Part shown: positions 17,947-26,698 of the stretch, in pieces
Position numbering within the stretch: the first letter of the stretch is position 1
Layout of the letters: each line of letters starts with the position of its first letter
Assembly (NCBI GenBank): GCA_964354495.1
Contig: CAYHAA010000001.1
Location: 427,049-459,048, forward strand
Direction: 5' to 3'
Length of the DNA stretch: 32,000 nucleotides
From: an uncultured archaeon
Lineage (GTDB): Archaea; Asgardarchaeota; Thorarchaeia; Thorarchaeales; Thorarchaeaceae
Program-made: the position numbers and the translations under genes
Notes under the pieces: model-generated
What the model saw: only the letters and a program-made list of their open reading frames with translations
What the model was told of the DNA's origin: nothing
Databases searched by the model: none

Positions 17947-18948
17947 ATGGGTTCAGCACCAGTCACTACCAGGTCCACAGGCTTCTACCAAGTGCTGCTC
18001 TTCATAGTTCTGCAGATTTGGGCCATCATGATCTATGATGTGGCTCAATACCAAATGGTGACACTGTACGAGACCCCTCTTGAATGGATTGGCTGGGCCT
18101 CTCTCCTCTTTCTTACGGTAGTACCAGCTACAAGCCTCATCTCATGGAAGCTGAAAGACCGGGTTCAACTGGGTACAATTCGCTGGGACTGCCGAACTAG
18201 AGAGGTTGGATTGAGCGAATTCACCCGAATGGTCAAAGACTACAATAAGAGATATCGGTACATGATAGCGGCTCTCGATACCAGAATACTACCGCTGTTG
18301 CCAGTGTTCTATTTTGGCGCTCTATTCCTCCCGCTTCTGCTCATGAGAACGAGTCTACTGGTAATACTGATGACTCCTGTCATCATTGCGCTCTTGCTTG
18401 TGATGTTCGGTTCATTCTATGCCTACCTAGTCTTCAAGCTAGTACCGAATTCGGCTAGCCATGAATTCCCTACTCATAGGCCGCGGGTGTTCCAATCGTC
18501 TATCAAGTTTCTGTCGCATATGCCAGGTATCTACTGGTCTGGAGTGAGAGTCACCATTGGCGAATCTGGCGGATTCTATACCCTGAGAGATCCTTGCCCT
18601 GTGGCACGAATTGAGGGTATTGAGGGAGTTGCAAGAATCGAATGTGTAGTCGATGATTCTGGTAGAATATCAAGCATGGCATCTCTTCTCGAGTCTGAGG
18701 AATCTGATTCTCCTGTGATCGTCGGAAAGGTAGATGCTCCCTTGACAGCCATGAATGCAGCGCGACTAATCAGAAAGACGCTCGAAGTCTACATTGAATC
18801 AAGGGGAGGCGAAGACATACTGGACGAAGTGCTGCAGGAAGTAGATAGATTCCTTGAAGGGATGAGTTTGCTGGAGGCTCGGAGGATTTCAAACGATGGT
18901 CTTATTTCCTCTGGTGACAAAGGTCCTCAAGCGGAGGAGAGAACATGA
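17947..18948 (+). CDS. 4-TM membrane protein of unknown family, paralogue 2
   Basis: Same layout; NSASHEF versus NSASTDF in paralogue 1; ATGA overlap with the next gene. Confidence 0.87.
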   Translation: MGSAPVTTRSTGFYQVLLFIVLQIWAIMIYDVAQYQMVTLYETPLEWIGWASLLFLTVVPATSLISWKLKDRVQLGTIRWDCRTREVGLSEFTRMVKDYNKRYRYMIAALDTRILPLLPVFYFGALFLPLLLMRTSLLVILMTPVIIALLLVMFGSFYAYLVFKLVPNSASHEFPTHRPRVFQSSIKFLSHMPGIYWSGVRVTIGESGGFYTLRDPCPVARIEGIEGVARIECVVDDSGRISSMASLLESEESDSPVIVGKVDAPLTAMNAARLIRKTLEVYIESRGGEDILDEVLQEVDRFLEGMSLLEARRISNDGLISSGDKGPQAEERT

Positions 18949-19919
18949 GCGAAGGTAAGATTATAGACTATAGCCGTCAGGGGAAAGTGAACAAGGTGTT
19001 CGCGCTGGTAGTCGTACTCTCTGCTATCGGTGGCATCCTAATCTACAATTTCTACGCTGGAGAATTAATGCTGCTCATTGTTGACATTGGGCTTCCGACC
19101 CTACTACTCCTGATATCGCTAGGCCTTGGCTATGGCTCAAAGAAGGCTATTGACTACATCCCGGGCGAATGGGAAAAACGCAAGACTTGGGTGAGTTTCT
19201 CCGAATATGATGTAATGTCTGATGAGTATGAAGATGCCTATGGCGATCTCTATGCTCATCCCAATGATACTATCTCTTGCTGCTGCATACTTCCTATTAC
19301 GGTGGCGATTGGCGGGCTGATCTTCCTCTTTCAGAGCTTTGGATCTGAATTGATCAACTCGTTCGTCGATTCAATTCTCCTCGTCGGAATCTTGTACAGT
19401 ATTGTATCTGTTGCTGGCTTTGTAGTTGGTTTTAGAATCCCCCTGATTGATGCTGAAGAATTCTTCAAGGCTCCAATAAGAGGGGATACATACAAGTTTG
19501 CCAGCGAACTCGAGGGGGTTCCAGGAATTCGTGCTGGGATGAGTGTAGAAATGGGCGTTCGGGCAGGAGTGCAGACAATCCTTGGTGCCGATGTGAAGTC
19601 GTACGTCCAAGGACTTCCCGATACAGTTCAAGTGAAAGTCCAGGTATCTCATTCCGGATTTGCCTATCCCTACCTTGTGGGAACAATCTACAAGGGATAT
19701 CCCGTCGCAGCAACGACTGAGAATCACAGGATTCGTACAAAGTACCCGGCGCTTCTCGAATACTCGATGGATGATGATGTTGTGGTGATTGTTGCTCGTT
19801 TTGATGTCCCTGAGAGGTCGAGCAATGTGCCGAACATCTCAACAAGCGATTTCAGAAAACTGGCGGCATTCTTGGCGGCCAAACTCAAAGAGAACTACGA
19901 CGCCGGCAATGCTCAATGA
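18945..19919 (+). CDS. 4-TM membrane protein of unknown family, paralogue 3
   Basis: Same layout (W...YEDAY loop, GFR after TM4, VPGI motif); CCC before TM3. Confidence 0.87.
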   Translation: MSEGKIIDYSRQGKVNKVFALVVVLSAIGGILIYNFYAGELMLLIVDIGLPTLLLLISLGLGYGSKKAIDYIPGEWEKRKTWVSFSEYDVMSDEYEDAYGDLYAHPNDTISCCCILPITVAIGGLIFLFQSFGSELINSFVDSILLVGILYSIVSVAGFVVGFRIPLIDAEEFFKAPIRGDTYKFASELEGVPGIRAGMSVEMGVRAGVQTILGADVKSYVQGLPDTVQVKVQVSHSGFAYPYLVGTIYKGYPVAATTENHRIRTKYPALLEYSMDDDVVVIVARFDVPERSSNVPNISTSDFRKLAAFLAAKLKENYDAGNAQ

Positions 19920-19984
19920 TATGACAGACATCTTTAATTATTGCATGTTTTTGGAGAGAAACCGTCGAACGTGGGTGTATCAAA

Positions 19985-20275
19985 GTGACTGGCGCGAACT
20001 GGCTTAACAAGTGGATCATGATGCTTCTGGCAGGCATAGTGATACAGGCGACTGTCTATCCCTTGGTTTGGTTTTTCGAGCATTTCTCGCATCCTTTCTT
20101 CAACGAGGTTTTCATCATAGGAGTCGGTTCTGTGGCGATACAACTGATAGGATTCTTTGTCATCATGGGAAAGACTCGTGAAGAAAACGCAGCAATCTAC
20201 GGTCAAGGTCGGCCGTTTCAGCACAAGCTTCGGGAAGAAGACGAGGATCTCGCGAGCCGTAAGCCCACCTTCTGA
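19985..20275 (+). CDS. Small 2-TM membrane protein with a charged tail
   Basis: GTG start, two hydrophobic helices and a charged C-terminus; follows the paralogue operon on the same strand. Confidence 0.7.
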   Translation: MTGANWLNKWIMMLLAGIVIQATVYPLVWFFEHFSHPFFNEVFIIGVGSVAIQLIGFFVIMGKTREENAAIYGQGRPFQHKLREEDEDLASRKPTF

Positions 20276-20352
20276 AGTGAAGAGCTAGATGCAGCTCCGC
20301 TTCAACGGAGCATTGGAGATATTCGAAACAGAATCTTGTTTCTAATCGCTTT

Positions 20353-21276
20353 TTATTTGCGGTATGCTAGGTAGGATGCAATGACGACGCCAATGCCAAT
20401 AATGCTCATAATGATGAGCACAATCGTTGAATCCAAGACGAGAGCTGGCCAAAGGCTCACCGGCGTATGATCCGGGATTGCTCCTGGATACCAGACATTC
20501 AGTAGTGGCAACATCGGACCAATGAAGACTATGGAAAGCACAAGAAGAGAAAACGTCAGGGTATGAATTGCTGTGACGTATGTGTAGTACGGACGAATGT
20601 AGCTGTAGAACGAAAAAGCTGGGATTGATAATGCGGCCATCGCCATAATCTCGATAGGGTCGAAGAACAAAGGTATGGTGATTGGCCATAGAAAGTAGAA
20701 GAGAGTGGTTATCTTCGCACTTGATGTTTCGTGATGTGCGACCTTGTGTATCCCGTCCACGCCCTGCGCGAGGAAGAATACGGGCAGGAGGAGCCACCAC
20801 TGGAGGCCGACAAAGAACATTGGACCGGCATAGAAGAGAAGGTCTCCAACGCTCTCGACACGCTCCCAGAAGGGATTCCTTGAGAAGAACTCGGTAGCCT
20901 CGGTCATGAAGTATCCAAGCATTTGCATGGCGACAAGAATCGGCAACAAGAGGAATGAGATGATAATCATGATTGTGGCAGCTTTCGGAAGCTCAGGGAT
21001 TTTCCCCTCGTTGTAGTTATCTAGCGGATAAATGCCATGGAGCATGATTGCTACAGCCAAGAGCAGTAGCCCGCTTGGCACAAAGAACAGCGGTTGAAAT
21101 AGATACATCCAGACCCCAAAGATCTCATAGGCATTTCCAGCGTAGAAAGTGACTCCCAATGTTGGCATGAAATACCATACGCCAAAGACAACGAGCAGCT
21201 CCGGAATGAGCATCTTCAATCTGTAGTCCTGAACGAACTTCATTACCAATCCAGGTTCTTTCTTAGTTTCGTTCAT
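20353..21276 (-). CDS. Polytopic membrane protein (about 8 TM), function unknown
   Basis: 307 aa dominated by hydrophobic helices; no recognisable motif. Confidence 0.8.
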   Translation of the reverse strand: MNETKKEPGLVMKFVQDYRLKMLIPELLVVFGVWYFMPTLGVTFYAGNAYEIFGVWMYLFQPLFFVPSGLLLLAVAIMLHGIYPLDNYNEGKIPELPKAATIMIIISFLLLPILVAMQMLGYFMTEATEFFSRNPFWERVESVGDLLFYAGPMFFVGLQWWLLLPVFFLAQGVDGIHKVAHHETSSAKITTLFYFLWPITIPLFFDPIEIMAMAALSIPAFSFYSYIRPYYTYVTAIHTLTFSLLVLSIVFIGPMLPLLNVWYPGAIPDHTPVSLWPALVLDSTIVLIIMSIIGIGVVIASYLAYRK

Positions 21277-21346
21277 TCCATCACAATCCAGGGCAACTGT
21301 CGGCTCTAGACTCTTTCTCTTAAGCGTATCTCCATCACATCGGCAA

Positions 21347-22369
21347 TTAACGAGTTAGTCTCTCAAGAACGTCTGTGAATTCTGATCTGAAGTAGGCGCT
21401 CTGCTCATGTATTTCCCGCGTCAAGGAAACGCTTGCTCCTGACAGACCGCATTGTGTTGAGAGCATTGTATTCCTCTCCACAAGGTCAATATCGATGCCG
21501 CTTCTAATCATCTTGCCCAAGGTTGTGGCAAGGCTGACTCTCAGCGTTTCTAACACTGAGCATGTGTACCCCTCATCTACATTTGGAAGCAGTCCCAGGG
21601 CGAGTCCGCCTCCTCTTTTCATGAAGTCGTTCACTTTCTCTGCCTGCTCCTCGTCTATGTCTGGGGGATATCTCAGCACATCAATGTGTGCCAACTTTGG
21701 CGAACTGTTCCACAGGAGAAACCAATCGTCCTTTCTCAGCTCACGCCAGTCACCGCAATAATGGAATGCAGGCACTACTCCAGAGGGGTAGATGGTATCC
21801 GTCTTTCCGAAAACCTGTTCAAGAGAGACATCGCTTGCCTGACCTGTTTCTATCATATTTCTGACGAACCCGAGGCTCGGATCATCTTGGCACAGAATAA
21901 TCGTTGTGCAGGACTTTTCGAGGTGCCTCAATTGACCCAGTGCTATTCTCGACATCAGGCGCACAAAAAAGTGGAACATACTTCTATTGAGCAGCTGCTT
22001 CCCATCTGAACCCCTGATACTGAAGCACATAGTGGCAGGCGCTGTCTGTTGTGTCTTGAAGTATCGATACTGCGTCCCATTCATCAACGAGTATAGGCTG
22101 GGCATGCATATGTCATCTGGCGCGAGAGGCTCATCCTCATTGGTGATATCCCTGTAGGTGTTGATATCAACGTCAAGAACGTACGCTCCCTCCTCCTCGT
22201 ACCCCTCGACAATAGCGCCGAACTGCCGAATCATGTCTTCCTCGCGAAACGCAGGCAGTTGAAATGCGTAGGGGAGTACTAGCTTCTTCATGTACTGCAT
22301 TGGCGAATCATGGTCCACTTCGCCTAGGCTGCCAACACCGAAGAAGTGACCTGCAAGTGCTTCAGGCAA
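21347..22369 (-). CDS. Core (catalytic-barrel-only) cobalamin-independent-type methionine synthase, MesB-like
   Basis: GVGSL, PYAFQLP, QDDPSL, FHYCG (HxC Zn ligands) and STQCGL; no folate-binding N-terminal barrel. TTG 22369 is preferred because the ORF-track start overlaps the upstream gene. Confidence 0.75.
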   Translation of the reverse strand: MPEALAGHFFGVGSLGEVDHDSPMQYMKKLVLPYAFQLPAFREEDMIRQFGAIVEGYEEEGAYVLDVDINTYRDITNEDEPLAPDDICMPSLYSLMNGTQYRYFKTQQTAPATMCFSIRGSDGKQLLNRSMFHFFVRLMSRIALGQLRHLEKSCTTIILCQDDPSLGFVRNMIETGQASDVSLEQVFGKTDTIYPSGVVPAFHYCGDWRELRKDDWFLLWNSSPKLAHIDVLRYPPDIDEEQAEKVNDFMKRGGGLALGLLPNVDEGYTCSVLETLRVSLATTLGKMIRSGIDIDLVERNTMLSTQCGLSGASVSLTREIHEQSAYFRSEFTDVLERLTR

Positions 22370-22383
22370 GATACTGGTCAGCG

Positions 22384-24108
22384 CTATGCACCTCTGGTTT
22401 CCCGGGCCTTTCGATGAATGACTTTGTTGCAGGACTGGGTGGCTGGGCAGCCCTCGCACAGATCAGGAACGTCTTCAATTGCCTGTTCACCTCCCCCAGA
22501 CAGCAAGACCTGCTCTGCAATCTCAGTTCCTGGAGATATTGCGGGCTCTTTCGCTGGTGATTCCCTCTTGACCATGCACTTCTGCCTTCGAAGGTATTCA
22601 CTGAATTGATTCATGTCCCCAGTGACGACTACCCCTGCTGGCCCCACTTTTCGGACGATGTAGGTGTTGAATTCTGGCAACAGCATTAGTTTCTCAAGGT
22701 CTCTTGCACTGTGAGTCTCAAATAACTGCACTTCACTGATACTGGTGAATGTTGTCTGAGAGGTCCAGTCGATGATTGACCTCTTGACGTTTTTCGGGAG
22801 TGGCTTGCTACTCTCCTTTTCAAGGAAACCAATCAGGTCTTCCTCTCGAGCACCTATTTCAATTGCTTCGAAGATCGATTTGTCAGTGATTCTGAAGGTG
22901 CTCACCACATCAGTTCGAACTGGTTCTGTCAGAAGCATGAGACGGTAGAGTTTCTGATATTCCATCTCGCTTGTGAATACTGTAATCTCAAAATTCGGCT
23001 GTACAAAGAAAGTTTCTCGGTTCTTTAAGACTGATGGCGAAGAGTAATCCTTGAGGACTCGGAGCCCTACATCAGTGAGTTTAATCCCGATGATCTTCTT
23101 TCCCTTATAGGCCGCTTCAACTAGACCAAGAAGCAATAGTGTTTCCAGAGCCATCTGCACCCTATCATTGTCCACTTGAATCCATTTCAGTGGCTGATTC
23201 TCTATGAACAACTCGCTTCTGATCCAATCACGTAGTTCCTCAATAGTGACCCAGTCCTCTTTTGCGTTCTCTCTGAGCCGGCATATCGCGAGATTCAGCG
23301 TGTATTCCGTTGGTTGATCGGGTGTTGCCCAGATTGCTCTTGTCCTACCCAGGATTGACTGGAGAAGTCGCCTCGCAACATGATGCTGCTCTCCACTGAA
23401 TAGGAGGTCGATTCTTGAGGCTAGCACCTTGTCTTCATCAACAATCGAGTAGGCCCCTAGCTTGCGAGCCAGTTTCTGAACCAGGTCGAACCTCTCATCG
23501 GTCTGTTTAGTCATTGACTCCCTGACCCGGTCCACGTCCCTCTTCGGAAACTCCCATGCAGATGTCATATGAACCTCGTTCTTTGCGACATAAGCAATGA
23601 GAAGGAGCATATCGACAATCAGAGCATCTCTCTCGTCTACGATGTTCTTTGCTTTGATGGTCTTCTCAGTCTGAGGAACTGGTTTGTCCTCAAAACACTC
23701 CTTCAGGTGTGGGATGAAGAAGTCAAGAACCTTGAACTCTGCCACTTCTCTGCCGTACTCTGTCAGTCTGCTCATCGTGCGTCTGACGATCACAGCCTTC
23801 TTGCGAAGGTCTCTCTCAGTCTGGTTGAGTTGACCGTAGCTGTAAATCTTTCTGAAGGGCTTAAGTCTGTCGTAGCTCATCGCACCTCCGCTAAGAGTCA
23901 GTATACCTAGGAGGTCCTTCTCCAAATCTGTGAATGTAGCAAAGACGCGATTTCTCTGACTACGATCTTTCATCCTTGCCGCGAGCATCTCAATCAAAGA
24001 AGAACCTGTGTCCTTGCCAGTGACATCGATTCCCCATAATTGACATGCAGAAAGCAAATCTTCTCTAAAGACATGCTCCAATTCCTTTTCTAGCGATTCT
24101 CTTGGCAT
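22384..24108 (-). CDS. XPB-partner protein with a helicase-associated (Helicase_C_3 / p52 clutch-like) domain; Tfb2/p52-like
   Basis: FFVQPNFEITVFT...FRITDKSIFEAIEIG...LIGFLEKES.KPLPKNVKRSIIDW is the helicase-associated domain. It is preceded by winged-helix-like segments and followed by a p8/HubA-like segment. Start is ATG 24108. Confidence 0.82.
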   Translation of the reverse strand: MPRESLEKELEHVFREDLLSACQLWGIDVTGKDTGSSLIEMLAARMKDRSQRNRVFATFTDLEKDLLGILTLSGGAMSYDRLKPFRKIYSYGQLNQTERDLRKKAVIVRRTMSRLTEYGREVAEFKVLDFFIPHLKECFEDKPVPQTEKTIKAKNIVDERDALIVDMLLLIAYVAKNEVHMTSAWEFPKRDVDRVRESMTKQTDERFDLVQKLARKLGAYSIVDEDKVLASRIDLLFSGEQHHVARRLLQSILGRTRAIWATPDQPTEYTLNLAICRLRENAKEDWVTIEELRDWIRSELFIENQPLKWIQVDNDRVQMALETLLLLGLVEAAYKGKKIIGIKLTDVGLRVLKDYSSPSVLKNRETFFVQPNFEITVFTSEMEYQKLYRLMLLTEPVRTDVVSTFRITDKSIFEAIEIGAREEDLIGFLEKESSKPLPKNVKRSIIDWTSQTTFTSISEVQLFETHSARDLEKLMLLPEFNTYIVRKVGPAGVVVTGDMNQFSEYLRRQKCMVKRESPAKEPAISPGTEIAEQVLLSGGGEQAIEDVPDLCEGCPATQSCNKVIHRKARETRGA

Positions 24109-24144
24109 TCTTACAACCCGAACCAGTAGTGCCCAATATGAGGC

Positions 24145-24262
24145 AAGCTCCGAACTTCTTATCATTTAAGGAGCTTTTGGTGTTGATGATTCTTATCCCA
24201 TGCATCTAGTTCCATTCAAGCAAGGGACTCGTTCCCTTGGAGAAACAAGCTTATCTTGTTTC
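24145..24262. promoter_or_regulatory. Divergent promoter region with three inverted repeats
   Basis: AAGCTCC-N18-GGAGCTT (24145-24176), CAAGGGA-N5-TCCCTTG (24221-24239) and GAAACAAG-N5-CTTGTTTC (24242-24262). Confidence 0.6.
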
Positions 24263-24288
24263 ATTGAAACGCTCTACCGGGTGTCAAC

Positions 24289-25401
24289 TTGGAGCCGCTC
24301 TTGTGGTGTATCAAATACCGGCCTAAATCGTGGGACGAGTTCGTGGGGCAGACATCGACCATCAATCATCTCAAGAACTTATCCAAGTCCGGGACATTGC
24401 CGAACATGATATTCTATGGCCCAACTGGAACAGGTAAGACATCTGCGGCCGAAGTGTTTTCGAGGGCAATTCTAGGTTCCAGCTTTGACGCTAACTTCAA
24501 GTCTCTGAATATACGGGACGTCTGGGACACCTCAATGACAGATGCAAAGAGAACAGTGCAAGACATTGCAAAACTCGATCGTGACAGACGTTCTGAGCTC
24601 GACGAATACATGTCCATAGTCTACAGAGAGGCTCAGTCTGCCTTGAAGCTGAGAGGGGAAACAAGTCCGCCAAACCGAAGCCAGCTTCTCCAAGAGGCCA
24701 TAAGATTCTTTGCCTCCACAAGTACAGTGGCCGATGAAAAGGTCAAGATTCTTGTTCTGGACGAGGCTGATGCTCTGAGTAATAGCATGCAACAAGCGCT
24801 TCGCCGCACGATGGAGCTCTACAGTGACGCGTGTCGTTTCATTCTACTGACTCCGACACTTTCAGGTTGGAGTCCGGCAGTCATCTCGAGATGCTCAGTG
24901 CTTAACTTTTCAGTGCCCGACAATGATGTCATTGCAGACTATGTACGCAGCATAGCGAAGAAGGAGGGCGTCACGATTGATATGGACGCGGCGTCAGCAA
25001 TTGCCCGGGAATGTTCGGGCGACCTGCGACGTGCACTCAACATACTGCAGATTGCCGCGGCAGCCAGTGATACCATAACTGAGGACACGGTATATGCACA
25101 CTCTCAGACACATCTCAGTCTTAGCATCCGCGAAGTAGTCACACTGACCATTGAAGGCTCCTTCGAGCCTGCACGCAAGAAGATGAGAAACCTCCTTGCC
25201 CTTGATGGCTACTCACCGCAGGACGTTCTTCTCGAGATTCAACGCGACCTTGTGAAACGTCCTTTTGATCAGAAAATGCTCAGCAAGGTTTTAGCAAGGG
25301 TGGCTGAAATTGATTACCGTATGACACAAGGCAAGAACTCGTTCATCCACCTGGAAGCCCTTCTTGCGTCCCTACGAGCATATGTGGCGGAAATTGCCTA
25401 G
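24289..25401 (+). CDS. rfcS: Replication factor C small subunit paralogue with a ~50-aa insertion
   Basis: W..KYRP, GPTGTGKT, ILVLDEADAL, QQALRRTME, SRC arginine finger, GDLRRALNILQ; TTG start. Confidence 0.93.
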   Translation: MEPLLWCIKYRPKSWDEFVGQTSTINHLKNLSKSGTLPNMIFYGPTGTGKTSAAEVFSRAILGSSFDANFKSLNIRDVWDTSMTDAKRTVQDIAKLDRDRRSELDEYMSIVYREAQSALKLRGETSPPNRSQLLQEAIRFFASTSTVADEKVKILVLDEADALSNSMQQALRRTMELYSDACRFILLTPTLSGWSPAVISRCSVLNFSVPDNDVIADYVRSIAKKEGVTIDMDAASAIARECSGDLRRALNILQIAAAASDTITEDTVYAHSQTHLSLSIREVVTLTIEGSFEPARKKMRNLLALDGYSPQDVLLEIQRDLVKRPFDQKMLSKVLARVAEIDYRMTQGKNSFIHLEALLASLRAYVAEIA

Positions 25402-25706
25402 CGGATTGGTTCAATATCATTTTTGAACTGAACTTTGTCCTCCAGCGCGCACAACAGATTCAGAGGAAGAGACTGTTTATCATATAAGAACTGCGCAAGA
25501 ATGCTATCCTCTTTGAGAGATACCATTCCGTTCTTGACAGCTGCAGTAAGCATCTTTCGTACATCTGTGGGAGCACCATACCTGCATTTGAAAGACAGGA
25601 AGTCAACAGCATCGATAACTGACACAGGACTGCCCCTCATTCTGAAAAGGTGTGCCAAGACCAAAAGCATGTCTCTCCCGTTCACAAATTTGGCATGTGT
25701 CGACAT
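25398..25706 (-). CDS. DUF2240-like small archaeal protein
   Basis: The pattern LAHLFRMRG...FLSFKCRYGAPTDVRKMLTAAVKNGMV...PLNL resembles DUF2240. Start is ATG 25706; the stop overlaps the rfcS stop. Confidence 0.65.
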   Translation of the reverse strand: MSTHAKFVNGRDMLLVLAHLFRMRGSPVSVIDAVDFLSFKCRYGAPTDVRKMLTAAVKNGMVSLKEDSILAQFLYDKQSLPLNLLCALEDKVQFKNDIEPIR

Positions 25707-25740
25707 CCTTTTAGTAGTTATTGTGAGATGTGAAACTGAG

Positions 25741-26697
25741 ATGATGAGGCATCCCATTGGATTGATTCATGGGCATACTACAGAGCAATTACAGCATCTG
25801 CTATACAACTCCTGTCCACTCATTGGGGCGGACGTCGTTCTCGACTCAACAATAATCGGTGGCTGGTCGAACATCAATATACGTGGCGTTTCTCATGAAT
25901 GTGAATTTGTTATCAAGTTGCCATGGTCAATAAGGCAATTCGCCGACAATCCATACTCACGCCTACACAACCTACTCACCTTTCTACACAAGTCCGCTAT
26001 CACAACATCACCTTTAGCTGTTGGGCGGCTGAACGACAAGAATGAAACTCCGTTCATGCTTCTCAAGTACTCGAGGGGCAAAGCGCGTTCCTCCATTAGC
26101 GATTTCTCTGCAGACGAACTGCTGTCTCTCAAAGACACTCTTCACAGACTGTCACTACAGAGACCGCCTGGTCTACGACAATATAAGACGCCACTTGACT
26201 ACTTGATGGAACTGCATGACAGAATTGCATATCATGAAACCCTCTCAGTCAGTCGGCCAAAAGTACCGAACCTATTGAGTGCTTTCTCGAAGCAATATGC
26301 TCGGCTTTGCCCTAGAGTCGAGACTCTTGATGAGTGGTCTGGAACAACAATGCATGGCGATCTCTGGGAGCCAAACATCCTACTTCAAGAGCGAAGAGCA
26401 ATACTGCTTGACATGGAGTCTTGCTCCTATGGTGATCCAATCTTTGATTTGGCCTATCTGTTAGAAGCATCAGACAATCTGCCTCTGAAAGAACCACCGC
26501 TTCTTCTCTATGGTGATACTATTGAGCGTGTGAATCCACTGAGAGATGTTGCACTGATGTCTGTCATCAGTTGGTCATTAGACAGGCTTCTCTTCATGGA
26601 CGCAGGTTTCGCTGAGCCATGTTTCAACTCTACTGCGATCAGGGCTGACATCATCGGTTATGTACGTACTAAACTCTCCCGTCTGGTTTCCACTTGA
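25741..26697 (+). CDS. Aminoglycoside phosphotransferase / choline kinase-like protein
   Basis: GGWSNIN glycine loop, FVIKLP, HGDLWEPNIL, LLDME, GDPIFDLAY. The ORF-track N-terminal 102 aa overlap DUF2240 on the opposite strand and are probably not translated. Confidence 0.85.
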   Translation: MMRHPIGLIHGHTTEQLQHLLYNSCPLIGADVVLDSTIIGGWSNINIRGVSHECEFVIKLPWSIRQFADNPYSRLHNLLTFLHKSAITTSPLAVGRLNDKNETPFMLLKYSRGKARSSISDFSADELLSLKDTLHRLSLQRPPGLRQYKTPLDYLMELHDRIAYHETLSVSRPKVPNLLSAFSKQYARLCPRVETLDEWSGTTMHGDLWEPNILLQERRAILLDMESCSYGDPIFDLAYLLEASDNLPLKEPPLLLYGDTIERVNPLRDVALMSVISWSLDRLLFMDAGFAEPCFNSTAIRADIIGYVRTKLSRLVST

Positions 26698-26698
26698 G

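Noticed and set aside
25435-25740. N-terminal extension of the kinase ORF
   Set aside because: Antisense to the DUF2240-like gene; the kinase N-lobe begins after ATG 25741.
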